Source: Promethearchaeia archaeon (lineage in GTDB: Archaea; Asgardarchaeota; Lokiarchaeia; Sigyniarchaeales; SOKP01). From it: DNA of 64,000 nt. The notes beneath the pieces are model-generated. The model had not been told where the DNA came from. It saw only the letters and a program-made list of their open reading frames with translations, and did no database searches. The stretch covers positions 465,731-529,730 of the forward strand of contig JAHQWK010000001.1 of assembly GCA_029856145.1 (NCBI GenBank), written 5' to 3'. Shown here in pieces: positions 8,656-18,973 of this stretch; within the stretch, counting starts at the first letter, position 1; every line of letters begins with the position of its first letter. A program made the position numbers and the translations under genes.

Positions 8656-11529
8656 ATGACTGAAAACTCAATTATAATAAAAGGAGCAAGGCAGAATAAT
8701 CTAAAAAACATTGATGTTGTAATCCCACGCAATAAACTAGTAGTTATTACAGGGATTAGTGGAAGTGGAAAAAGTAGTTTGGCAATGGACACTTTATATG
8801 CAGAAGGCCAACGAAGATTTCTTGAGTCACTATCAAGTTATGCTAGACAATTTCTAGGTGAAATGGATAAACCTGATGTAGATTCAATAGAAGGATTATC
8901 TCCTGCTATAGCAATAGAACAAAAATCTCTTTCCAAAAATCCCCGAAGTACAGTAGGAACTGTAACAGAGATATATGATTATTACAGATTACTATTCGCT
9001 AATATTGGCATCCCATATTGCCCCAATTGTGGAAAAGAGATAAAACTTCAAACTCCTCAACAAATAATTCAACAAGTATTAAGTTCTATAAAAGAAAATC
9101 AAAAATTTATTGTTAAAGCACCTGTGATTCGAGATAGAAAAGGAGAATATAAGGAACTTTTAAAAGATTTAAAGAAGCAAGGTTATGTTAGAATAGAAGT
9201 AGATGGTATTCAATATACATTAGATGAAGAAATCTCAATGGAAAAGAATGTGAAACATAATATTAATGTTGTTATAGACAGATTAGTAATGCATAAAGAT
9301 ATAAAGACAAGGTTGGCTGATTCTATTGAAGTAGCATTGGATTTAACCGAGGGGATAGTTATTATTGAGATTGTTGAAAAGGGAGAACAAATATATTCTG
9401 AACATCTTGCTTGCGTTGATTGTGGTTTATCCTTTCCTCCGTTAGATCATAAAATGTTTTCATTTAACATTCCTCATGGAAGCTGTAAATATTGTAGTGG
9501 TTTAGGTAATGTTATGGAATTTGATTATGGATTATTTTTAGGAAATGATTTAGATGTTCCGCTAGAGGAGACTCCTATTAGAGATATTCCGGGATTTGGA
9601 TCTCTAAACGGCTATTCTTGGCAAACAATAGTACAAGTTGCCAAGCATTATGGATTTGACACTGATAAGACACCAATTAAAAACATTGACCCAACAAAAC
9701 TTCATAAAATCTTATATGGTTCTGAAAACGAATCAATTGATTTTCATTTTGAGAGTGATAATAATGACCACAAAAATCATAATGGAGAATTTAAATCTTC
9801 TTGGCAAGTTGTAAAGCCTTTCGAAGGAATAATACCTATACTACACAGGAGATATATGGAAACTCGTTCAGATTGGGCTCGTGATGTTTATGAAAGTTTT
9901 ATGAATCGGATAAATTGTCCTCAGTGTAAGGGGCAAAAATTAAAACCAGAAAGTTTAGCAGTAACAGTTAACAAACTCAATATCGCTGAATTATCTGCAC
10001 TATATGTAAAAGATTCTCTAAAATTTTTTAAAGAATTACAATTAAATGAAACTGAAAAGAAAATAGTTAAAGAAGTATTAAAAGAAATATTTGATAGATT
10101 ATCTTTCCTTGAAAATGTTGGTCTAGATTATATTTCATTAAACCGTCGTTCAGATACTTTATCTGTTGGAGAAGCAGAAAGAATTCGGTTAGCTACTCAA
10201 TTAGGATCTAGCCTAGTAGGAGTATTATACGTTTTGGATGAACCTAGTATAGGTCTTCATCAAAGAGATATCAATCGTCTTATCAATATGCTAAAAAAAT
10301 TAAGAGATTTAGGAAATACAGTTATTGTAGTTGAACATGATGAGGCAATAATGCGTAATGCAGATCACATAATAGATTTAGGCCCTTTAGCTGGTGAACA
10401 AGGTGGAGAAGTTGTTGCTGAAGGGTCTATAGAAATTATTATTAATTCAAAGACTTTAACAGGAGAGTATTTATCAGGAAAAAGAAAAATTCTAAATCCA
10501 AAAAATAGACGTAAAATTAGTAAAGAATTTATTGAAATATTAGGAGCAGAAGAAAATAATTTAAAAGATATTAATGTTAAAATTCCTCTGGGTTTATTTA
10601 CTTGCATAACAGGAGTTTCAGGGGCTGGAAAAACTAGCTTGATTATAGATTGTTTATATAACGGTCTCCATAATTTAATAAATACTCGAAGTTCAAAAGT
10701 TAATGAAGGGAAATTTGATAAAATAATAGGATATGAGAAAATAGATAAAATTATTAATATTGATCAATCCCCTATAGGAAGAACTCCAAGATCAGTCCCT
10801 GCTACTTATACAAAAGCACTAGATTATATAAGAGAAATTTTTGCCGGATTACCAGAATCTAGAGAAAGGGGATATAAGAAAGGTAGATTTAGTTTTAATA
10901 CAAAATATGGCCATTGTAAGAAGTGTAAAGGTACAGGCTATATCTTGAAAGAAATGTATTTCTTACCCGACGTGTATATAAGATGTGATTTATGCTATGG
11001 TAAAAGATATAATGCTGAAACATTAGAGATTAAATATCGTGAAAAATCGATCTATGATATTTTGAAAATGACTTTCCATCAAGCTTTAGAATTTTTTGAT
11101 AGTATTCCAAATTTAAAAAGAACAATCAAAACAGTAGTGGATGTTGGTTTGGGTTATTTAGAATTAGGGCAATCTTCGACTACTCTGAGTGGAGGAGAAT
11201 CACAACGCTTAAAAATCGCTAGAGAATTAAGAAAAACAAGTACAGGAAACACACTCTATATCTTGGATGAGCCCACAACTGGTCTTAGCTCTTTTGATAT
11301 TAATTATCTACTAAAAGTTCTTCAAAAATTGGTAGATAAAGGTAATACAGTAATTATTATTGAACATAATATGGAGGTTATAAAATCTGTCGATTTTATT
11401 ATCGATCTTGGTCCTGAAGGTGGTGAAAAAGGAGGTAAAATTGTAGTAAAGGGAACACCCGAAGAAATTATTAGAAATGATAATTCCTTTACTGCTCAAT
11501 ATTTAAAACCGTATCTCAACAGCAATTAA
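8656..11529 (+). CDS. uvrA: Excinuclease ABC subunit A (UvrA)
   Basis: IKGARQNNLKNIDV start, two ABC modules (GISGSGKSSL and GVSGAGKTSL; LSGGEAERIRLA and LSGGESQRLKIA), and zinc-finger Cys clusters. The track ORF opens at TTG 8635; the ATG at 8656 gives the canonical N-terminus. Confidence 0.97.
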   Translation: MTENSIIIKGARQNNLKNIDVVIPRNKLVVITGISGSGKSSLAMDTLYAEGQRRFLESLSSYARQFLGEMDKPDVDSIEGLSPAIAIEQKSLSKNPRSTVGTVTEIYDYYRLLFANIGIPYCPNCGKEIKLQTPQQIIQQVLSSIKENQKFIVKAPVIRDRKGEYKELLKDLKKQGYVRIEVDGIQYTLDEEISMEKNVKHNINVVIDRLVMHKDIKTRLADSIEVALDLTEGIVIIEIVEKGEQIYSEHLACVDCGLSFPPLDHKMFSFNIPHGSCKYCSGLGNVMEFDYGLFLGNDLDVPLEETPIRDIPGFGSLNGYSWQTIVQVAKHYGFDTDKTPIKNIDPTKLHKILYGSENESIDFHFESDNNDHKNHNGEFKSSWQVVKPFEGIIPILHRRYMETRSDWARDVYESFMNRINCPQCKGQKLKPESLAVTVNKLNIAELSALYVKDSLKFFKELQLNETEKKIVKEVLKEIFDRLSFLENVGLDYISLNRRSDTLSVGEAERIRLATQLGSSLVGVLYVLDEPSIGLHQRDINRLINMLKKLRDLGNTVIVVEHDEAIMRNADHIIDLGPLAGEQGGEVVAEGSIEIIINSKTLTGEYLSGKRKILNPKNRRKISKEFIEILGAEENNLKDINVKIPLGLFTCITGVSGAGKTSLIIDCLYNGLHNLINTRSSKVNEGKFDKIIGYEKIDKIINIDQSPIGRTPRSVPATYTKALDYIREIFAGLPESRERGYKKGRFSFNTKYGHCKKCKGTGYILKEMYFLPDVYIRCDLCYGKRYNAETLEIKYREKSIYDILKMTFHQALEFFDSIPNLKRTIKTVVDVGLGYLELGQSSTTLSGGESQRLKIARELRKTSTGNTLYILDEPTTGLSSFDINYLLKVLQKLVDKGNTVIIIEHNMEVIKSVDFIIDLGPEGGEKGGKIVVKGTPEEIIRNDNSFTAQYLKPYLNSN

Positions 11530-11654
11530 TTTTCAATTTTTCCTTAATAATTTCTTAAGTTTTAAAATAAAATTCTAAACTTATGGTAAATAATTTTATA
11601 CTATAAGTATTCTAAGGTTATGTGATAAGTATGAATTGAGGTTCGTGATAGAAA

Positions 11655-13460
11655 ATGACTATTGATGAAAAAAAGATAATCAGAGCGCCTATAGTTTGTA
11701 TTTTAGGACATATAGACCACGGAAAAACCACTATCCTGGATTATATTAGAGGTACTGTAGTCCAGCAAAGAGAAGCTGCAGGAATCACCCAACATATTGG
11801 TGCTTCTTATTTTCCAACTGGAGATATAAAAGAATTTTTAAGAAAATCTAAACAAGAATTTGCTGAAAAAGAAATTAAGCTTCCAGGATTATTAGTTGTA
11901 GACACACCAGGTCATGCAGCCTTTATGAATCTAAGAAAAAGAGGAGGTGCGGTAGCAGATATTGCAATTTTAGTTATAGACGTCACCGCTGGAACGATGC
12001 CTATAACTTGGGAATCTCTTCGGATTTTAAGAGAGAGAAAAACACCTTTTGTCATTGCTGCTAATAAAATAGATAGAATTTCTGGATGGAAATCAAAAAA
12101 AGACGCTGATTTTCTCGATTCTTATAAATCACAAAAACCACATGTTAAAGATTTCTTAGATGAAAAAATATTAGGGATAATTGGAAATTTCTTAGAGGAA
12201 GGGTCTAAAGGAATCGATAGATATGATAAAATAAAAGATTTTACTAAAAAAATAGCAATTGTACCCACTAGTGGAAAAACAGGTGAAGGAATTTCAACAT
12301 TATTAATGATTTTAATGGGATTAGTCCAGCAATATTTAACTACAAATCTTAAATATTCTGAAGGATCTGCTAAAGGAGTTGTGTTAGAAGTTAAAAAGGA
12401 GAAAGGTCAAGGAAAAACAATAGATGTCCTTATATACGATGGTCTTATTAATAAAGGTGACGAGTTTATTGTTGGGGGATTAGAAAAACCTATTAAATCA
12501 AAAGTAAGAGCACTATTAATTCCTAAACCTTTAGATGAAATACGAGACCCTAGACAAAAGTTTGATTCTGTTGATGTTATTAGTGCTGCTGCTGGTTTTA
12601 AAATTCTTGCTCCAAATATAGACGATGTTGTAGCTGGGTCTCCATTTAGAGGCATTTTAGATCCCTCAGAAGAGGAAGATGTATATAGAGAAGTTGAATC
12701 TGAAGTAGAAAGTATTAGGATAAAAACTGATAAAGCGGGAGTTGTCTTAAAAGCAGATACTTTAGGTTCACTAGAAGCTCTCGAAAATCACTTTACCAAG
12801 AATGGTGTAAAAATCAGTATTGCTGATGTTGGACCAATAAAAAAAGAAGACATAATTAATGCTAACATTGTTAAACAATTAGACCCATATTCTGCAACTG
12901 TTCTAGGATTTAATGTTCCTATATTACCTGAAGCTAATGAACAAGCTATTAAAGATAATATAAGAATTTTCACGAATAATGTGATATATCGATTATTAGA
13001 AGATTATATCGAATATGCAGAAACGAGAAAAGCAGAAGATACAGCTAAAGGGTTAAGTGAACTTACATTACCTGCAAAAATGAAAATGTTTCCGGATTTT
13101 ATATTTCGAAATTCAGATCCCGCTGTTTTTGGTGTATATGTTGAAGCTGGGACATTATACCCAAAAGTCCAATTAATAACTGATAAGGGTAAAAAGGTTA
13201 GAAGAGTACATCAAATTCAAGACAAAGGGCAAACGCTCGAAAAAGCACCTAAAGATTCAGAAGTCGCAATCTCTATTCGCGGAATTGAAATTGGTCGAGA
13301 TATAGAAAAAGATGAAACACTATTTGTTAATGTTCCAGAATCTCATGTTAGGCAATTAATGGGAAAGTTTATAGATGAACTTTCTACAGATCAAAAACAA
13401 GCTTTAAGAGAATTCATTACTTTAATGAGAACCCATACTCATCCTTGGTGGGGAATGTAA
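11655..13460 (+). CDS. infB: Translation initiation factor aIF5B (IF-2 family GTPase)
   Basis: RAPIVCILGHIDHGKTT (G1), VVDTPGH (G3), ANKIDR (G4), and the aIF5B four-domain length of 601 aa. No intein. Confidence 0.93.
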   Translation: MTIDEKKIIRAPIVCILGHIDHGKTTILDYIRGTVVQQREAAGITQHIGASYFPTGDIKEFLRKSKQEFAEKEIKLPGLLVVDTPGHAAFMNLRKRGGAVADIAILVIDVTAGTMPITWESLRILRERKTPFVIAANKIDRISGWKSKKDADFLDSYKSQKPHVKDFLDEKILGIIGNFLEEGSKGIDRYDKIKDFTKKIAIVPTSGKTGEGISTLLMILMGLVQQYLTTNLKYSEGSAKGVVLEVKKEKGQGKTIDVLIYDGLINKGDEFIVGGLEKPIKSKVRALLIPKPLDEIRDPRQKFDSVDVISAAAGFKILAPNIDDVVAGSPFRGILDPSEEEDVYREVESEVESIRIKTDKAGVVLKADTLGSLEALENHFTKNGVKISIADVGPIKKEDIINANIVKQLDPYSATVLGFNVPILPEANEQAIKDNIRIFTNNVIYRLLEDYIEYAETRKAEDTAKGLSELTLPAKMKMFPDFIFRNSDPAVFGVYVEAGTLYPKVQLITDKGKKVRRVHQIQDKGQTLEKAPKDSEVAISIRGIEIGRDIEKDETLFVNVPESHVRQLMGKFIDELSTDQKQALREFITLMRTHTHPWWGM

Positions 13461-13467
13461 AATCCTT

Positions 13468-14364
13468 TTATTTATTTTCTAGTTCTTCTTTTAGAAATCC
13501 TTCAATCTCTCCTAATTCTTCTTCATCTAGCGGTTTTATTTTTGGATGACGTATTAAATCTTTAATATGTTTAAAATATTTTAGAGCTTCTTTATCCTTA
13601 CCTTTATCTTTCAGATCTAAACCAATATAAATAAAACTCCATCGATACCATGCAGAGTGTCTAGGGGTAAAATCAGTAATATCGATATCAAAATCACGAA
13701 ATTTTTCTATATAGTTTATAGATTCTTCAATAAAAGATATATCATTCAATACTAAGTTATGCCCTAATATTATTACTTTTGTATCAAAATTACAGTAATT
13801 TTGAAGCGTAATTAAATATCTGTCGATTCTATGCCATGTTAAAAAAGGTAATGGATCAACTAGGTTGTCTCCAACATATAAAACTTTATCTAGTTGATCG
13901 TAACAACTAGCAGAGTCTTCTGAATGCCCTGGGCTATAGAAGAATTCCACATTATCTTGAGGAAACACCATTCTTTCTTGAAAAATAATAGTAGGATATG
14001 CAATACTTTTATCTTTTAGTCTGGCTTTTTTTTCTTTTTTGATTCTTTCCATTGTTTGTACCATGTTTGCCCGACATGATATATGACTAATGATCTGAGC
14101 AGTTTCAAATACACCATTGCCTCCAATATGATCCATATGAAAGTGTGAATTAAATATTATGATCGGTTTTGAAAGAAGATTTTTATCTTTTAAGTAATCC
14201 TTAAGCATAATCATCTGTTCTTTCTCTATACCCGTATCACAGATAAAAAGGTGATTTTTTCCATTTATAACATAAATCTGAATTGACATTGGAACTTGAG
14301 GATATGGAATAAAATCTGGAAATGTAAACAGAAAACCTCTACTTCCTATTTTTTGTACTTTCAT
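13468..14364 (-). CDS. Metallo-beta-lactamase fold hydrolase
   Basis: HxHxDH motif (NSHFHMDHIGG), later GHSEDS and LGHN. The start is set at the internal ATG 14364 (MKVQKIG...) because the first 19 codons of the track ORF are hydrophobic low-complexity sequence. The track ORF extends to 14421. Confidence 0.75.
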   Translation of the reverse strand: MKVQKIGSRGFLFTFPDFIPYPQVPMSIQIYVINGKNHLFICDTGIEKEQMIMLKDYLKDKNLLSKPIIIFNSHFHMDHIGGNGVFETAQIISHISCRANMVQTMERIKKEKKARLKDKSIAYPTIIFQERMVFPQDNVEFFYSPGHSEDSASCYDQLDKVLYVGDNLVDPLPFLTWHRIDRYLITLQNYCNFDTKVIILGHNLVLNDISFIEESINYIEKFRDFDIDITDFTPRHSAWYRWSFIYIGLDLKDKGKDKEALKYFKHIKDLIRHPKIKPLDEEELGEIEGFLKEELENK

Positions 14365-14556
14365 AAATACGAAAAATATAATGTCAATATATACTTTTAT
14401 CATTAGCATTTCAATATTCAAATAATTAAGTTAGGAGAAGTTTTAGTTTATAATTAAAATGAATTTGTAGATTTATTTCATTTAGAAGTTATTTTATTAT
14501 TTTGAATCTTTACCAATCATGTAAGAAATAAAAAAAACATTGTACTCAATTTTTCT

Positions 14557-16014
14557 ATGACTAAAATTAATAATATTTTAAGTGAAGCATTAAAAGAAAT
14601 TACCCCTACTCCAGAAGAAATAATTCTAATTAAAAATATCTCTGAGAAAATAAAGAGGGTATTACATAAAAAAGCAATAGAATTAGATATTAATTATACA
14701 AAAATAGAACCTCAAGGATCAACTGGAATCAAACAAACACAGTTAAAAAATGATTTTGATATTGATCTTTTTATTGGATTAGATTATAACCAGTATAAAC
14801 CTAAATATGAAGGTTTGAGTAAAAGTAAATTAAGAAAAGAGTCAAAAAAAGATTTTTTAGCACTATGTAACAATTGGATTCTACAAAGTTTGACTTTAGA
14901 TGAATTCCATAATCCTCGTCTCTTATACGCAGAACATCCATATGTAACGGTAGATTACCTTTTAGATGATATTAAAGTGAAAATTGATATCGTTTTATAT
15001 TTTGTTCTAGATTTAGAATTCATTAAAAAGAATGGTCCTATCACTGCAGTTGATAGATCTCCTTGGCATGGATGTTTTGTAAGAGATGAATTAAATTCTG
15101 ACCAAAAAAATGATGTAAGGCTTTTAAAACAGTTCTTTAAGTCTTGTTATAGTTATGGTGATAAGAGCCCAGTAGGAAAAGTAGGTTTCATAGGTTATAG
15201 CGCTGAGTTATTAATCTATTACTTTAATAATCTTATAAATCTATTTGAGAATTTTAATGAGTTGAACAAAAAACCACTAGATTACTATAAAAGAAATGAG
15301 AAGGAATTAAGTAAAATTATCCATTTTCAAAATGATTATCTCATTATCATAGATCCGATCGATAAAAATAGAAATGTTGCTTCTGCAATATCTGAAAAAG
15401 CATATAAATATTGTAATCAGAAAGTTAGTGAATTTTTAAAACAACCAAGTCCAGAATTTTTTATCATTAAACCGATTCCTGAAGCAGATTTATCAAATAA
15501 AGAAGACGTAATGCTGTCAAAAATCTATATTATTGAATTACTAAATACTGATTTTAAAGTTCACTATACTATCAACAGAGACAAATTATATTCTTTAGGA
15601 GAAAGTATTAAAGCTAATGGAGAAAGGGAATTTTCTCATGCTGATCGCTTTGGGAAAATTATATTTGAAGTATATTTCGAAGAAGAGAAGAACCAGTATA
15701 ATCTAGCTATTTTTTGTGAAAAAACTAATATCTCCAAGACTTATATTCGTAAAGGTCCCCCAATTACAGAAGAAACACATACCATTAATTTTAAGAAAAA
15801 AAATCCAGATTATTTTGAAAAAGAAGGTTCCTTGTATGTAGAAACTCAAAGAGAATTTAATAATTTCTCTAAATTTTTAAATCAATTTCTTAAGAATAAA
15901 ATTCCTGATAATTTTAACGTTGTCAATATATCAAACGCGTTTCATACAGTAAGTTCTTCAGGAAAAAAAGCCATAAATATATTGAAAAATATTATTCTAC
16001 CGTTCTATATCTAA
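14557..16014 (+). CDS. cca: CCA-adding enzyme (archaeal class I tRNA nucleotidyltransferase)
   Basis: Pol-beta-type nucleotidyltransferase motif QGSTGIKQTQLKNDFDIDLF (GS..DxD) and AVDRSPWH (archaeal DRSPFH box). 485 aa. Confidence 0.82.
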   Translation: MTKINNILSEALKEITPTPEEIILIKNISEKIKRVLHKKAIELDINYTKIEPQGSTGIKQTQLKNDFDIDLFIGLDYNQYKPKYEGLSKSKLRKESKKDFLALCNNWILQSLTLDEFHNPRLLYAEHPYVTVDYLLDDIKVKIDIVLYFVLDLEFIKKNGPITAVDRSPWHGCFVRDELNSDQKNDVRLLKQFFKSCYSYGDKSPVGKVGFIGYSAELLIYYFNNLINLFENFNELNKKPLDYYKRNEKELSKIIHFQNDYLIIIDPIDKNRNVASAISEKAYKYCNQKVSEFLKQPSPEFFIIKPIPEADLSNKEDVMLSKIYIIELLNTDFKVHYTINRDKLYSLGESIKANGEREFSHADRFGKIIFEVYFEEEKNQYNLAIFCEKTNISKTYIRKGPPITEETHTINFKKKNPDYFEKEGSLYVETQREFNNFSKFLNQFLKNKIPDNFNVVNISNAFHTVSSSGKKAINILKNIILPFYI

Positions 16015-16201
16015 AATTCCATAAGCTTCAAGGATTAAAATAATAACATTGTAAATAATAACATTATAAATTTGTACTTATCGTAAAATGGTATAGATTA
16101 GTGATTTATAGCTGAAATTCAAAAAATTTTTATGATTTCCCGAATTCTATTCTTCAATTATATCATGAATTTAATTAGAAATTTATACAAGTGAATTATT
16201 T

Positions 16202-18454
16202 ATGGTTAAAGTTAAAAACCCAGACGAAATCGCTAAACTGGTTACTTCTGGTTCATACGAAAAGAAAAGGATTTTTAGTATCACAGCTCACATTGACCAC
16301 GGCAAAACTACTGCAACTGATTATCTTCTACGTAGAGCGGGACTAATGCGACCTGAAGACGCAGGTCAGCTTCAAATGACTGATTCAGATGATGAAGAAC
16401 AAGAGAGAGGAATCACAATCTTTACTTCTGTAGTACTCCTTGCATTTAATGATTCAAGAAAACCAGATGACGAAGAACCTTATATTATCCAACTTAATGA
16501 TACTCCCGGTCATATCAGTTTTACAGGGGAAGTATCTCGAGCCCTCAGAGGTTCAGACGGAGCTATTATCTTAGTAGACGCTCTTGAAGGAGTTATGACA
16601 CAAACTGAAACTAATATTAGATTGTCTGTTGGTGAAGAATTTTGTAAGCCTGTTCTATTTATCAATAAAGTTGACCGTCTAATTAGTGAACTTAAATTAA
16701 GTCCCCAGCAGACCTTTGAAAAAATCGATAAAATCACAAGAGAGGTTAATGAGTTAATTAAAAAAGTAAGGCCCGAAGGATCAGATTGGAGCATTGATTT
16801 TGCTAAAAATTCCGTAGCTGTTGGCTCAGCTAAACATGGATGGGGTTTTACTTATGAAATTTTAATTGAAAATGGTTTGAAACCTCAAGATGTTTTTGCG
16901 AAATATAATGAAGGAGATATCCAGTGGTTAAGAGATAATTTACCTTTGGATGAGCCTATGTTAAGAATGATTGTAGACCATCTTCCTGATCCTATTACAG
17001 CCTCTAAATATAGAATCCCTCATATATGGGGAGGTGACCTAAATTCCGAATTAGGTAAAGCACTTCAGAATAGTGATTCAAACGGACCACTTTACGGAAT
17101 GATTACAAAAATTTTTCTTGACCCAAAGAGGAACTATCAACCTACACTTATAGGTCGGGTTTTTTCGGGTACGTTTAATCAAACGGATTCAATTTATCTA
17201 ATAAATAGTGGTACGAGCAATCGAGTGAAGAGATTAGGTGTTATGGAAATTACGGACATTTTAGACATTCCTAAGATCCCTGCAGGTAATTTATTTGCAA
17301 TATTTGGTTTTATTTGCCCTTCTGGAGAGACTTTTATGTCGAACAATGACGTACCTAAAGATAAAGAAGAAAAGAAGAGACTGCCCTCTTTCGAGAAAAT
17401 ACAATATGCTTGTGAAGCAGTTGTCTCCAGAAGCATTAAACCAAAAGATCCGCATGAAATTGATAAATTAGACGATGTTGTAAGCAAATGGATTCAAGCC
17501 GACCCCACAGCAGAATATAGAAGGGACGAAGAATCAGGGGAATTTATTTTATCGGGAATCGATCCATTACAAATCGAGATTTTAGTGAAAAGGATAAATA
17601 AGCAAGTTCAGATTAATATCGGAGAACCAATCATCGTTTATAGAGAAAAAATTACAGAAAAGAGTCCAAATTATTATACTAAATCCGCAAACACGCATAA
17701 TCGTATTTTATTACACCTAGAACCATTGGATGAAACTACTGAACGTCTAATCGAAACCGGTAAAGTTAACGATTTACAAAATGATAAAGAAAGAGCTCAA
17801 ATACTTAGAGAAGAAGCCGGATGGGATGCAAAAGAAGCAAGGCGTATTGTTGATGTATATCAGGGAAGTGCCCTTGTAAATGGTACTTCTGGATTACAGA
17901 GGTTTGATCGTGTTAAATCATATTTGAGTGCTGCATTTAGAGACTGGGTCGGCAATTGTATCATAGCAAAGGAACCCGCTACGGGAATTAAAGTAATATT
18001 TACAGACATGACTATACACGAAGATACCCGCCATACGTCTTATGGTCAGATTGCTGGAATGGCTTTTTCTGCTATGTCCTTAGCGATGTTGGATGCCGCC
18101 CCTCATCTTTTTGAACCAATTCAGAGAATAGATATTAAATCACCTCAAGGAACTGAAGGAAGTGTCACAGCTATCATAACCAAGCGAAGAGGTAGAATAA
18201 CTAATGTTATTCCAGAAGGAGAATACGTGAGAATTCAAGGTCAGATTCCCGCAGCGGAGACAATTGGAATCGCTGACGATATTAGAGGTTCAACTCAAGG
18301 GCGAGCGTTTTTTGGATACGAGTTTTTGGGCTTTGAGAAGGTACCTGCAAGTTTAGAGGAAGATCTTATAATGGATATCCGAAAAAGAAAAAATATGCCA
18401 TTAGAACTCCCAAATAGAAAGAGTTGGGAGCGGTTTATTTACAAACGGACCTAA
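16202..18454 (+). CDS. Elongation factor 2 family GTPase; looks like a divergent aEF-2 paralog (altered diphthamide loop)
   Basis: G1 AHIDHGKTT, EQERGITI, G3 DTPGH, G4 NKVDR, and the five-domain EF-2 length of 750 aa. The domain IV tip reads IHEDTRHTSYGQ (18017..18049) where canonical aEF-2/eEF2 has HxDxxHRG. Confidence 0.85.
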   Translation: MVKVKNPDEIAKLVTSGSYEKKRIFSITAHIDHGKTTATDYLLRRAGLMRPEDAGQLQMTDSDDEEQERGITIFTSVVLLAFNDSRKPDDEEPYIIQLNDTPGHISFTGEVSRALRGSDGAIILVDALEGVMTQTETNIRLSVGEEFCKPVLFINKVDRLISELKLSPQQTFEKIDKITREVNELIKKVRPEGSDWSIDFAKNSVAVGSAKHGWGFTYEILIENGLKPQDVFAKYNEGDIQWLRDNLPLDEPMLRMIVDHLPDPITASKYRIPHIWGGDLNSELGKALQNSDSNGPLYGMITKIFLDPKRNYQPTLIGRVFSGTFNQTDSIYLINSGTSNRVKRLGVMEITDILDIPKIPAGNLFAIFGFICPSGETFMSNNDVPKDKEEKKRLPSFEKIQYACEAVVSRSIKPKDPHEIDKLDDVVSKWIQADPTAEYRRDEESGEFILSGIDPLQIEILVKRINKQVQINIGEPIIVYREKITEKSPNYYTKSANTHNRILLHLEPLDETTERLIETGKVNDLQNDKERAQILREEAGWDAKEARRIVDVYQGSALVNGTSGLQRFDRVKSYLSAAFRDWVGNCIIAKEPATGIKVIFTDMTIHEDTRHTSYGQIAGMAFSAMSLAMLDAAPHLFEPIQRIDIKSPQGTEGSVTAIITKRRGRITNVIPEGEYVRIQGQIPAAETIGIADDIRGSTQGRAFFGYEFLGFEKVPASLEEDLIMDIRKRKNMPLELPNRKSWERFIYKRT

Positions 18455-18459
18455 AATCA

Positions 18460-18480
18460 TTTTTTATTGTTATTTTTTTT
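18460..18480 (+). terminator. Two oligo-T tracts (T6, T8) after the EF-2 family gene
   Basis: caTTTTTTattgttaTTTTTTTTcat starts 6 nt after the TAA at 18452..18454. Confidence 0.45.
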
Positions 18481-18533
18481 CATCTAAATTATATAAAGAA
18501 ATTGTAGTGATCAATTATAATCAGATCTTATAA

Positions 18534-18803
18534 TCAATCTTCATCCTCTACAATAACTGCTGTTCCATCGTAAATATTGTCGTTACCTCTATATGTAAAT
18601 CGAACATTAGTGATCGCATTAGCACCTAACTTATAGGCAATTTTTTTCAATTTATCTGGAGCATTAAAAGCCCATTTAGCATGTTTTTTAAAATCCGTAG
18701 CATCTTGTTTGATTTTTACCTTACATATTGTCTTAATAATCTTTTTTCCCGGGATATCATTAGTATCACTCATTATTATATCCTCCCACGCTTTTTTTCC
18801 CAT
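18534..18803 (-). CDS. Small YbjQ/UPF0145-like protein
   Basis: N-terminal NDIPGKKI and C-terminal KLGANAITNVRF....GTAVIVE resemble the YbjQ (DUF74) pattern TT..IPG.. / LGANAV..VRF / GTAV. This match is from memory only. Confidence 0.5.
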   Translation of the reverse strand: MGKKAWEDIIMSDTNDIPGKKIIKTICKVKIKQDATDFKKHAKWAFNAPDKLKKIAYKLGANAITNVRFTYRGNDNIYDGTAVIVEDED

Positions 18804-18973
18804 CTTAACACCACTTGTATAAATGGCTTTTCATATTTATTGTAATTAATCCTATTTTAAGAACTAAGAATTTTTAAACATTGTTGTCAACAAGATTGAT
18901 TTAAAGAAAAAAATTAACCAAAAATCATGCAAAAAAACTAGTAAGAACGCTAATAAGAGTAACTAGCTCAAGT

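Noticed and set aside
652-13460. Inteins in RFC small subunit, UvrA or aIF5B, which are common intein hosts in archaea
   Set aside because: The protein lengths (323, ~957 and 601 aa) are canonical, and the P-loop and other host motifs are contiguous. No Hint or homing-endonuclease blocks are present.
16038-16067. Tandem 15-bp direct repeat AAATAATAACATTGT/AAATAATAACATTAT between cca and the EF-2 family gene
   Set aside because: There are only two copies, the sequence is low-complexity A/T, and there is no accompanying structure or conserved box. It is most likely a chance duplication or part of a terminator or promoter spacer.
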